Positions 1-13,400 of a stretch of DNA of 64,000 nucleotides are shown in pieces. Position numbers and translations under genes: made by a program. Source of the stretch: Endomicrobiales bacterium (GTDB taxonomy: Bacteria > Elusimicrobiota > Endomicrobiia > Endomicrobiales > CAWCFT01); the NCBI GenBank assembly GCA_963794945.1, contig CAWCFT010000002.1, positions 1 to 64,000 of the forward strand, given 5' to 3'. Below the pieces are notes generated by a model. The model ran no database searches. It saw only the letters and a program-made list of their open reading frames with translations, and was not told where the DNA came from. How positions within the stretch are numbered: the first letter of the stretch is position 1; each line of letters begins with the position of its first letter.

Positions 1-3000
1 TACCAACCAGATGACCTTGAACTTCAGCTGGGCGGGGGTAAATGATTCCCCGGCTGGCCTTGCTAACTATATCCTAGAGGTTTCTACCGACCCGGCTTTC
101 TAGCGTAATCAGCTACAGCTCTGGTACCCTGCTTAACTAAGGCTTCGCTTACTCTTAACCGGTCCTCCTACACCTGGCGCGTTAATACCATGGATAACGC
201 ATTGAACTACACAACATCTACAGCTCAATATTTCGTAACCGTTGATACTTCACCGCCGCCGGCGATCTCGACCCTCACGGCGCCTTTAAATAACCTCACT
301 ACTAACCAGATAACTCTCACTTTCAACTGGTCGGCGGTTACTTCACCCCGGCTGGCCTCACTAACTATATCCTTGAAGTCTCTACTGACCCGGCCTTCGG
401 CGTGATCAACTATTCTTCCTGGGTTGTGATTAACCAGGCTACGCTTACACTTAACCAGTCCTCTTACACATGGCGCGTAAACACCATGGACAACGCCCTT
501 AACTATACAACCTCTACAGCTGTATTTTTCGTCACTGTTGACTACGACTTCGCCGCCGGCTGTAACTACACTCAATACACCTCCTAATAACCTCACCACC
601 AGCCAGATGGCCTTGAACTTCAGCTGGACAGATGTTACAGGTACCGGCGGCGGCATACTGACTACATACTTCAGGTAGCCACTGACCGGCGTTCTCGGTT
701 ATTAACTATTCGTCCGCCACGCCACTTACTAACGCTACTTTAACTCTTATCCAGTCCTCTTACACCTGGCGCGTTAATACCATGGACAACGCCCTTAACT
801 ACACAACCTCTACGGTCAATTTGTCCGTAGTGGTCGACACCACTCCGCCGCCGGCTGTCTCGAGCCTTACGGCTCCTTTAAATAACCTCACCACTAACCA
901 GATGACTTTGAATTTCTCATGGGGAACTGTCACTGATAGCCCGGCTGGACTTAAGAACTATATCCTTGAAGTCTCTACTTCACCTAACTTCTCGGGCATC
1001 ATAATTTCTTCATGGGTAGTTAATAACTCGGCTACTCTTACTCTTAACCAGTCCTCCTACACCTGGCGCGTTAATGCAATCGACAACGCCCTCAACTACA
1101 CTACTTCTACCGCTGTCTATTTCGTCACCGTTGACACTACTCCGCCACCGGCTGTGGCTACTCTAAATGCACCACTTAATAACCTCACTACTAACCAAAT
1201 GACTTTGACGTTTGGCTGGTCACCGGTTACTGACGCCCCGGCTGGCCTTGCTAACTATATCCTTCAAGTCTCTACTGACCCCGCATTCGGCGTGATCAAC
1301 TATTCTTCTTGGGTTGTTACTAACTCCGCTACGCTTACCCTTAACCAGTCCTCCTACACCTGGCGCGTTAATACAATGGATAACGCTCTTAACTATACCA
1401 CCTCTACTGTCAAATACTTCGTCACCGTTGATACTACACCGCCACCGGCTGTTAACGCACTCAGCACGCCGCTTATTAACTTAACTACCAACCAGATGAC
1501 CTTGAACTTCAGCTGGGCGGGGGTAACTGATTCCCCGGCTGGCCTTGCTAACTATATCCTTGAAGTCTCCACTGCCCCGGACTTCTCGGGCGTCATCACT
1601 TCTTCATGGGTTGTAAATAACTCAGCTACATTAACCCTTAACCAGTCTTCTTACACCTGGCGTGTCAACACTATCGACAACGCACTCAACTACACCACCT
1701 CTACTGTCAAATATTTTGTAACTGTTGACACTACTCCGCCGCCGGCTGTGGCTACACTCAACACACCTTTAAATAACCTTACTACTAACCAAATGACTTT
1801 GACGTTTAATTGGACTGGCGTCTCTGACGCCCCGGCTGGCCTTGCTAACTATATACTTGAAGTTTCTACTGACCCGGCTTTCGGCGTGATCAACTATTCT
1901 TCATGGGTTGTAAATAACACGGCTACCCTTACACTCAACCAGTCTTCTTACACATGGCGCGTCAACACCATCGACAACGCCCTTAACTATACAACCTCTA
2001 CAGCTGTCTATTTCGTTACCGTTGCCACTACTTCGCCTTCGGCTGTTTCGAGCCTTACGGCTCCTCTTAATAACCTTACCACAAATCAAATGACCTTGAA
2101 CTTCAGCTGGGCAGCTGTTTCAGGTACCGGCGGCGGCCTTGCTGATTACATACTCCAGGTATCTACTGACCCGGCGTTCTCGGTTATTAACTATTCGTCC
2201 GCCACGCCACTTACTAACGCTACTTTAACTCTTATCCAGTCCTCTTACACCTGGCGCGTTAATACCATGGACAACGCCCTTAACTACACAACCTCTACGG
2301 TCAAGTGGTCCGTAGTGGTCGACACCACTCCGCCGCCGGCTGTCTCGAGCCTTACGGCTCCTTTAAATAACCTCACCACTAACCAGATGACTTTGAATTT
2401 CTCATGGGGAACTGTCACTGATAGCCCGGCTGGACTTAAGAACTATATCCTTGAAGTCTCTACTTCACCTAACTTCTCGGGCATCATAATTTCTTCATGG
2501 GTAGTTAATAACTCGGCTTCATTAACACTTAACCAGTCCTCCTACACCTGGCGCGTTAATGCAATCGACAACGCCCTCAACTACACTACTTCTACCGCTG
2601 TCTATTTCGTCACCGTTGACACTACTCCGCCACCGGCTGTTTCGAGCCTTACGGCTCCTTTGAACAACCTCACCACCAACCAAATGTCTTTGACTTTTAA
2701 TTGGACTGGCGTCTCTGACGCCCCTGCTGGCATTGCTAACTATATCCTTCAAGTCTCAACCGACCCGGCTTTCGGCGTGATCAACTATTCTTCATGGGTT
2801 GTTACTAACTCCGCTACCTTAACCCTTAACCAGTCCTCCTACACCTGGCGCGTTAACACTATCGATAACGCCTTGAACTATACTACTTCTACAGCAGTGT
2901 ATTTTGTAACTGTTGACACTACACCACCTACGGCCGTGAGTACTCTCAATACGCCTTTGAACAGCCTCACTACCAACCAGATGACCTTGAACTTCAGCTG

Positions 3001-4410
3001 GGCGGGGGTAACTGATTCCCCGGCTGGCCTTGCTAACTATATCCTTGAAGTCTCCACTGCCCCGGACTTCTCGGGCGTCATCACTTCTTCATGGGTTGTA
3101 AATAACTCAGCTACATTAACCCTTAACCAGTCTTCTTACACCTGGCGTGTCAACACTATCGACAACGCACTCAACTACACCACCTCTACTGTCAAATATT
3201 TTGTAACTGTTGACACTACTCCGCCGCCGGCTGTGGCTACACTCAACACACCTTTAAATAACCTTACTACTAACCAAATGACTTTGACGTTTAATTGGAC
3301 TGGCGTCTCTGACGCCCCGGCTGGCCTTGCTAACTATATACTTGAAGTTTCTACTGACCCGGCTTTCGGCGTGATCAACTATTCTTCATGGGTTGTAAAT
3401 AACACGGCTACCCTTACACTCAACCAGTCTTCTTACACATGGCGCGTCAACACCATCGACAACGCCCTTAACTATACAACCTCTACAGCTGTCTATTTCG
3501 TTACCGTTGCCACTACTTCGCCTTCGGCTGTTTCGAGCCTTACGGCTCCTCTTAATAACCTTACCACAAATCAAATGACCTTGAACTTCAGCTGGTCAGC
3601 TGTTTCGGGTACCGGCGGCGGCCTTGCTGATTACATACTCCAGATATCTACTGACCCCGCGTTCTCGGTCATTAACTACTCATCAGCCACACTCCTTACT
3701 AACGCTACTTTAACCATTAACCAATCATCTTACACCTGGCGCGTTAATACCATGGACAACGCCCTTAACTACACAACCTCTACGGTCAAGTGGTCCGTAG
3801 TGGTCGACACCACTCCGCCGCCGGCTATCGCGAGCCTTACGGCCCCTTTAAATAACCTCACTACTAACCAGATGACTTTGAATTTCTCATGGGGAACTGT
3901 ATCCGACAGTCCCGCAGGATTGAAAAACTATATCCTTGAAGTCTCTACTTCTCCTAACTTCTCGGGCATCATAATTTCTTCATGGGTAGTTAATAACTCG
4001 GCTTCATTAACACTTAACCAGTCCTCCTACACCTGGCGCGTTAATGCAATCGACAACGCCCTCAACTACACTACTTCTACCGCTGTCTATTTCGTCACCG
4101 TTGACACTACTCCGCCACCGGCTGTGGCTACTCTAAATGCACCACTTAATAACCTCACTACTAACCAAATGACTTTGACGTTTGGCTGGTCACCGGTTAC
4201 TGACCCCCCGGCTGGCCTTGCTAACTATATACTCGAAGTCTCAACCGACCCGGCTTTCGGTGTGATCAACTATTCTTCATGGGTTGTTAATAACACGGCT
4301 ACGCTTACCCTTAACCAGTCCTCTTACACTTGGCGCGTTAATACAATGGATAACGCCCTTAACTATACAACCTCTACTGTTAAGTATTTCGTTACTGTTG
4401 ACACTACACC
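1..4410 (+). repeat. Coding tandem array: ~15 x 297-bp (99-aa) modules organised as a 5-module 1485-bp higher-order repeat
   Basis: taccaaccagatgaccttgaacttcagctgggcgggggta starts at 1, 1486 and 2971. atggacaacgcccttaactacacaacctctacggtc starts at 782, 2267 and 3752. Identical antisense ORFs lie at 1901-2089 and 3386-3574 (offset 1485). Confidence 0.95.
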
Positions 4411-7400
4411 GCCTACAATTTCAAATCAAATTTTTCCCGCAAACGGAACTAAATCAAACCAGCTTTCCCAACTGTTTCAATGGCAAACTGCAACAGATGC
4501 TTTCATAGGTTTTCAAAGCTATACATTGCAGCTTGCGACATCCACAGATTTCGGACTTATAAGTTTTTCATCTACAACGCTTCTTACAAACGCCACACTT
4601 TCTAATTTAATCCAAAATATTTACTATTGGCGCATTGAGGCTACTGATAATGTTTTGAATAATTCTTATTCCACCACTACATTCAGTATTACTATTGACA
4701 CAACACCGCCTTCAGTGCCTGTGCTTTCGTCTCCACTTAACGGCACAGTTACAACACAAATGAATATCATTTTTATCACGAACCCTTCAGATGATTCCGG
4801 AGTAAGGGGAAATTCAGGGATTTCGACTTATAATTTTTATATATCCACAGATCCGGCTTTTAGCGTGTTCACGGCTTCACAGTCGCTTGCCGGTGTTTCA
4901 TTTGCCCAAACGCTACCGAGCGGCATATATTTCTGGCGTGTTAACGCAGTAGACGGTGCGGGAAACTACTCAGGTTTTTCATCAAACTATTCGGTAAATA
5001 TAGACACTTTCGGTCCGCTAATACATGATAACCAGCCAAATGTCACCCAGTGGCAAAATTTTGGGAACATGCTTTACAACGTGTCTTTTGAAGATGACCT
5101 CTCTCTATTAAACAATGTCGGATACAGTATCTATTCGTCCTCAACGGTATTTAACACTTCAACGCAGCTTGTTGGATGGACGGCCATTGCTCAAAATATA
5201 AACGCGGCAACCTACACTAATAATTTCGCGATCAACTTTAATGCTCTGCCTCAAAATACCACATGCTTTGTCGCAGTCAGCGCGACAGACAACCTGCTAT
5301 TGTCTACAACATACTATAACGCTTTCTTTGTCCTCAAAGACACCACAAACCCGACTATAAATGACACACAGACGGGAGACAACACATGGAGGTCAGTTAA
5401 TAATGGCGTTTACAGCGTAGGGTTCGGTGATTCCGGAGGTTCCGGGCTTCAGAGGTTCGATACAAGAGTTATGTCCGGCCCGCTGGGAAGCGGCACTGTG
5501 ATAGAAGACTGGACGACAAACTCAACGATTATAGCCAACACAACTTACTACAATACTCCATGGCCGCTTAACGCAAGCACGTGGGCAAACATGCCGGATG
5601 GCAAATCTTATGTGTCTGTCAGGGCCCTTGATAACTCATATTCAGCAGCGCTGGGTTATAACATCTCTTTCAGTACGGACGCATTCTATGTATTAAAAGA
5701 TGCAACACCGCCGATCGTCATAAACAACCAGGCAGGAGACACCACCTGGCGCAATTCTAATTACCAAACATACAATGTGTCATTTCAGGACGCAAGTTCA
5801 GGCTCAGGGATTTCACAGTTTGAGGTCAGGGCATCGACGATAGTTTACCCTCAAGGGGCTTCTTCGCCGCTTTGCCCCTGGACAGTAGTAGCTACAACAA
5901 GTACGTACCTTTACCAGCAACCCTGGATGCTCCCTCAGAGCGTCTGGAACAGCCTCATGCCGTATGTAAACAATTATATTTACGTAAGCGTCGCTGATGC
6001 CGCAGGAAATGTCACGACGCCTAATGCGTATGAATTCTTTGTTTTGCAAGACACTATACCTCCAACCATAACCGACAATATATCAGGAGGCGACAATACA
6101 TGGAGGCTTACAAACAACGGAGTTTATGACGTTGAATTTGCTGACCTCGGCGGCTCAAACCTGAACAAATTCCAGCTTCTCGCGTCCACCGTGGCCTATA
6201 ACACTCCACCTTACGTTTTTGGCTGGACCGATTCCGGAGTTAACATCTACAATCAGTCGTCTTTTACTTCCGGATTCCAGATGCCTAACACGCTCTTTAA
6301 CCTTCTATCTCAAGGCACGAACTATATCTCAGTTCAGGTTTCCGATATAGCAGGCTCGACAACAACGCTTAATTCAGCATTCAGGATATTGAAAGATACC
6401 ATTACGCCTTTCGGCATAGCGAACGCGCCTACATATTCAACCAGCTATACTTTCAATATACCCTGCACAATAAATTACGGTGGTAGCGGGTTAAAATACT
6501 TAAAACTTTATTATACTACACAAACACAGGCCCCGTATACTTACAACCTGTTCACTACAACGACGGCTGCGCCTATTTCGTTCACAGCCGCCAGCGAAGG
6601 TATCTATGGTTTCCAGCTTATAACCTACAATAATTGCAACCAAACCAGCCAACAGGACCCGCCATCGACAAATCTGGCGCCACAATCGACAACATACGTT
6701 GACATTACTCCACCCGCGATAAATAACCAGCAATCCGGAGACGATACCTGGCTCAACGCGCCTAAATCCGCCGGTTACTCCGTATACTTTAATGACACTG
6801 GCTCGGGGCTCAACACGGCCCAGTATATAATTCGTGCCGGGGCAAATTCCAACTCCGCTGTATTAAAGAACTGGACAAATATATTCCAGTCAACAAACAC
6901 GGCTTCGTACAATATGAACTGGCCTATTGATTTCAGCTCGTGCCAATCCAGCTTCAACTATGTTTCCGTAAGCGTATGGGACATGGCAGGCAACACAAAT
7001 ACGCCTTCGGGATATTCGTTCTATGTCAAGAAAGACACTGTCGCTCCTAATATATCTTACAACGAATTCGCCGCTGGAGGTGATAACACATGGCGCTCAG
7101 TAAGCCGCTCCGGCGGTTACAACGTGGATTTCTTCGACGGATTGTCCGGCCTTTCAAAAGCCGAATACAGAGTTTGCTCCAGCTCCTCAGATGTCACGGC
7201 CGTAATAGCGGACTGGCAAACTATAGCATCAGGTATATCTTCTTCTACCTATGCGACGAACTGGCAGCCAGCGTTCACGTCGCTCGTTGAGAGTACTACA
7301 AACTTTATTTGGGTGAGGCTTACTGATATAGCGGGTAACGCTTCAACAAACTATGCTTTTTACATATTCAAGGACACCACGCCCCCATTCTTTATCAATA

Positions 7401-10400
7401 ACAAGGCCGCATATGATCCCCTATGGTATACCGGTTCGAGGAATTACAACGTACAGCTTTTCGATTATGCTTCGGCTGGACGGTTCGATAAACTAAACAG
7501 TCTGCAATACCTTGCCAATAGCCAGCCGGCCCTTTCTGGCGCGACTCTTATACCATGGACAACCGCAGCATTATTGATCGATGCGACATCATACACATCC
7601 GGAATCACCATCAGCCAGTTCAACCTGCTCAACGAAGGCACAAACTATATTTCGTTGTTAGGCTCCGACCTCGCGGGCAACACAACAACATGGGCCGATG
7701 CTTTCACCATTAAAAAAGATATTACCGGGCCTACAATTTATAATTATCAGGCTGGCGACGGCCAGTGGCGCGGCATAAATAACGGCCTTTACAGTGTCTA
7801 TTTCCAGGACCTGCTTTCGGGAGTGAGCAATTTCCAAACTGTAGCCTATAGCGGAGCGGGAATGACCGGGCAGCTGCTTGATAATTGGCGCACGGTACTA
7901 TCAACCCAAAGCGCATATTTTAACCAGCCCTGGCAGCTTCAGAACCAGACCTTTAACGCCCTGCAGGGCGGACAAAACTACATATCGGTAAAATGCTTCG
8001 ATGCCGCGGGCAATTCTTCCGTGCAAAACGATGTTTTCTATGTTTTAAAGGACACAGTGGCACCTATTGTCAATAATAACCAGTCCGTGGACAACTCATG
8101 GCACAATGCGGGAGGAACTTTATACAATGTCGCATTTCACGATGATGGAGGGTCAAACCTTTCATATGCGCAATACCAGATCTATTCAGCACAGGATCAA
8201 TCCGGAACACTGATAATGCCGTGGACTAATATCGCCACGGCTATTAATACTTCGGACTACACGAGCCCGTGGTCAATCAATTTCTCTTCTGCAGTAAGCG
8301 GAACGAATTATGTTTCCGTTGTAGCGGTTGACAATGCCGGCAACAGCACTGTTTCTCAGGACGTTTTCTATGTAAATGTTGATACAACGCCGCCCGCGGC
8401 TATCACTAACCTTAGCATCACAGGCACATCCCAACCTGAGGGCCAGATCAATATGACATGGACGGCCCCGGGCGATGACGGCAATGGCGGCGGCGCGGCG
8501 GTAAACTACATTGTAAAATACGCAACATTTGCCATCACCAACGCGGGCGGTTGGGCTGCGGCATCCCTGTATTCATCGAACTGGGCTCCTCAAAATCCCG
8601 GCACTACTGAGAACCGTTCAATAACAGGGCTTAATATATTGCAAACATATTCTGTGGCGATAATAACGGTAGATAAAGCCGGCAATCTTTCCCAGCTTTC
8701 GAACACAGTTTCACCGATAGCGCCGGGGCCAGATGTGACCCCGCCGGGAGTGATAACCAATCTTACCGCTTCACCAGGCACGGTCGCAGGACAGATACTA
8801 TTGACTTGGACTGCCGTTGGCAACGACGGATATACAGGCACCGCCACGTCATATGACCTCAGGTGGAGAAACGATATCATTATAAACACATCAAACTGGG
8901 ACAATTCAACTGATTATATACAAAACCCGTTGTGGACACCGCAAAGCGCCGGGAACACTGAAACAGAACTACTAAACGGTTTCACCATAGGCACAACTTA
9001 CTATTTTGCGATGCGCGTTAGCGACCAATCGCTTAATACATCAAGCACGTCAAACTGCGGTTCATCCGTGCCGCAGGTGGCGCAGGCAACTAACGGAGAA
9101 GCGGTCTGGGGTTCCGGAGCATTGCCATATAGCAGAGCAGAATACTGGCAGCCACCCGTTTGGGGAGCGCTGCAAAGCGGAGCTACCGCTGCAGCTACCA
9201 TAAGATGGGTAAAAGAGGCTTCTTGCCCCGTTCTGCGTAATGAAAAAATGGTTGGTGTCTGCAATCTAGTAAGCGGCAATGTGGGCAATTTATACATACA
9301 AAAATGGGATGGCGTCAACCAAGTTCTGGGAATATGGAAGCCCACTTGGACAGATTAACTCAGTAGCAAGCGCCCTTGACACCCGTTACCGCGGTTATGA
9401 CCTGGCATACGAACAGCAGTCAGGCCGCGTGCTTATAGCCTACTATAACGGAACTACCGGTCATCTAAGCTATAGTCTTTGGAGCTCAACGGCTAACGCA
9501 TACGTCCAATCAGGGACATTAACAATGCCTGGAACAACCGGCCTTATACGCTGGGTCAGGCTTGAGCCGAGGCCGGCCTCTAACGACATTATGCTTGTGG
9601 CGGAGGACGCGAACGATTTCATTTCGGCCGTGCCGTGGGTTAACGGCTCCTTTGATATAGCGATGTCGAGCAGCGTAGGCACATCAAATATTTCAACTCG
9701 GCAAAGCTTTGACGTCGCATGGGAAACATTTAACCAAAGAGCTATGATCTTATACGGCAGCAGCAACGCCACTTATCGTACGGCTTTCTGCATGTGGTCA
9801 TCTTCTGCAACACAGTGGACCGTTGGATATTCTACAGGGCCCAACATTGGCGCGGCTTCGGCGTGGATCAAACTTGCGGCCTCTCCCGCAGCGTCTTCAA
9901 ACAACATTGGTTTGACGAGCCTTGACAACTCATCTCACTGGAACGTAGGTATGTGGAACGGAAACATCTGGAGCGCAACCGGCCAACCCGGCGAACCCAC
10001 AGATGCCACCGGCATGGAAAGCAGCGCCGTTCGCGGAACTGACATAGCCTGGGAACATGACGGATCGATGTGTTTAGCCAACGCTGTGTTCGCTTCAACC
10101 TCATGTTTCAGCTTTGTTGCATGGAACCAGACAAACGGCTGGTACAATATAAACGGCACGGCGCTCAACAGCCTGACTAACGCCCAACGCGACACGTACG
10201 CTTTTACCGCGGCGGGAGGCTATCTCGAATCTCTTACACTTTATCCCGACCCGAGCTCGAACGAGATAATGTTTTTATGTTCGGATTCGCAATCAGGCCT
10301 CGATTCGCGTTTGTGGAATGGATCCGGCTGGACGCTTGGCGCAAATCTAGAAACCTCTCTTTCCGGAACAACTGCTTATGAATCCTATGCTTTCGCGTAT

Positions 10401-13400
10401 AACAAGCAAGACAATATTCCGCCAACAATAACCGACAATATGTTCGGCGGAGACAATACCTGGCGCATTACTAATAACGGCACCTACAACGTTGATTTCT
10501 TTGATACAGGCGGGTCACACCTTTCACTTTTCCAGGTAATGATCACCAGCGGCCCGGGCAAACAGGCACAGTCGAACAGGGGTGGACAACTATAGCAAGC
10601 GGTTTATCTCCGTCAGATTCTTATGTTTCAAACTGGAGTTTGCCGAACTCCGTGTTTAACAACCTCGAACAGGGTATTAACTATGTATCGGTTGAAGCTC
10701 AGGACATGGCTTTCAACGCGACGACCATTGTTGATGCTTTCCGCATTTATAAAGACACCGTGCCTCCAACCGTACCCGCGCTTATTTTACCAGCCAACAG
10801 CGCTATATTAACCAACATTAATCCACTCCTTGGCTGGTCGACTTCAACCGATGCAACTTCAGGAGTTAATAATTATACTGTGCAGGTATCAACCGACCCT
10901 ATTAATTTCACGCCGCTCGTATACTCCAATACTCTAAGCGTCTCTCAGAGCACTATCACGCCTTCCATTAACAGCGACGTGTATTACTGGAGGGTCCAGG
11001 CACAGGACGTGGCGGGGAATTACTCGGCTTACAGTTCGACTTATTCAATAATGATAGACACCATTCCACCAGTGATAGTAAATAATACCGCTCCCGACTA
11101 TGTCTGGCACGCGTCTTCAGGACAGGTGTATAGTGTTAATTTCTATGACCCATTAAGCAATTTGAATCACCCGTTAAGTATGCTTACTACAGCTTACTAC
11201 AAGATATTTACGTCAACTGGCATGAGCGGTATACAGATAACCCCGTGGACACCTATCAATACGCAAATCATAAGCTCAACATCGTATGCAACGAACTGGC
11301 AGCTAAGGTCATCTGACTGGAACCTGCTGCAAAACGGCACCAACTACGTTTCTGTCAGGGCTGATGACCTTGCAGGCAACACTTCCTGGTGGACCGACGC
11401 GTTCTTTGTCAGGAAAGACACCGTGCCACCCTCTGTTCCGCTGCTAACAAGCCCGACAAACGGCACATATCAAAGCAGCTCAACCGTGACATTTGCCTGG
11501 GCGCAAGCGATAGATATAAACTCCGGCATTAACAGCTACGATATTTATGTTTCCACGAGCCAGTTGTTCGGGGTTTACAGTTCGTCAGCGAACACAACCC
11601 AGAATTCCCAGAGCATCGCTTTAGCGAGCCAAGGGGCATTCTACTGGCAAGTCAGGGCAAAAGATAACGCCGGCAACTACTCGGTTTGGTCGTCAACGAG
11701 CCTTGTTTTGATAGACACTTCTCCTCCAGCGATACCGCTATTGGTATCGCCTTCAAGTAACACCATAACCAACGCAACCCAGTTCACTTTCAATTGGAGT
11801 GATTCTTATGGCGGCGGGGCGGGGCTGGAATACTATGTGTTCAACATGTCGACTTCGCCGTATTTCACAAATCTTTCGGCATCTGCGCTTCCGACAACAT
11901 CGTATTACACCCTTCCAGGCTCATTAACGAGCGGTATTTATTACTGGAGAGTGATGGCTCAGGACAACGCCGGATGGTATTCGTTGTGGTCGTCTACGTA
12001 TTCCGTAATGGTCGATACAACCGCCCCTGCTATAAGCAATTTCGAAGCGGGGGGAGACCACACATGGCGGAATGCTATAGAGCCGGGCGGATATAACGTA
12101 GATTTCGCTAAGGCCAATCTGGCAACGCTCAACAACATAGAATATTCCGTGTACTCCCAGCCGGCCCAGGGAGGGACAGCTGTAATAAACTGGACAACAG
12201 TGACCAGCACATATTCACCGTACAGCCCGGCATTCGTCCCTCCGTTAAACCAATATTTCTATACGCTCAATTTCGGCGTTAATTTCAACCTGCTGGCAAA
12301 TGGTACTAACTATATTTCAGTAATGGCGAGCGACCTCGCCGGGAATACATCAACTTGGATAGACGCTTTTGTAATTTTGAAAGACGTTACGCCTCCGACT
12401 TTAACAAACCTTGTAAGCGGTGATTATGCGTGGAGAAACTCATCCGGCACTCTCTACAATGTCCAGTTAAATGACACAGGCTCCGGGCTGTCAAAATTCC
12501 AGATAATGATCTCCACCTCCAACACAGCCGCCCCGCTGCTCGGCTGGTTCTGATTGCGTAACCAATATCGGAGGAGCTCAATCCTACACAACTCCATGGC
12601 CGCTGACTTCATCACAATTTAATGCGTTATACAACGGCGCGACAAATTTCATCTCGATACAGGAGTTTGATGTGGCAGGCAACACATCTACTTATTCAAA
12701 CGTATTCTTTATTCTTAAAGATACCATACCGCCAACAGGAATTGATAACGAAACGATAAACCGCGGCTGGTTCGCTTCTGATCCCGGGCCTATATGGTTT
12801 GTCAACTTCTTTGATACACCAATACCTGGAAGGAATCCAGGCTCTTCAATGCTGAATTCAGTAAGCTACAGGATCAAAACATCTACAGAAGGCGTGATAC
12901 TTGACTGGACACCGGTCGCGACCAATTTAAACACTACTTATTATGTCACGCCCTTTGCTATTAACTTTAATGCCGCGATCCCAGGTATAAACCATGTTGA
13001 CGTTATGGCATCGAACTTCGCCGGAAACACAACAGTCTTTATCGACGCTTTTACCGTAGAAAAAGATTCAACTGTGCCTTTGATACAGGTTATGTTCGCC
13101 ACAAACACTGTAACCTGGATAAACTCATCACAGCTTTACAGTGTTAATTTTTACAGCCAGGGCCCTTCAAACCTTAGTTCGATACAATACGCGGTTAACG
13201 ATAACCCGGGCTTTACAGGGACAAACCTCATTCCTTGGACAGATATTGCGACGCCTCCGCTAAATGCTCCTTCATACACTACTCCATGGCATGTCGCTTT
13301 CTCGCAGCTAGAGAACGGAGGGACAAATTATGTATCTGTCAGGGCATGGAACTTAACAGGTTCTACTGCCACCATAATTGATGCTTTCAGGGTACTTAAG

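Noticed and set aside
1..781. Separate small genes or a degenerate silent cassette upstream of the giant ORF
   Set aside because: The region keeps the 1485-bp register of the array but has many indels, as expected for a poorly polished repeat or contig edge.
1..4410. CRISPR array or DGR template/variable repeats
   Set aside because: Units are 297-bp in-frame coding modules without spacers, differences are not adenine-restricted, and no cas or reverse transcriptase gene is in the window.
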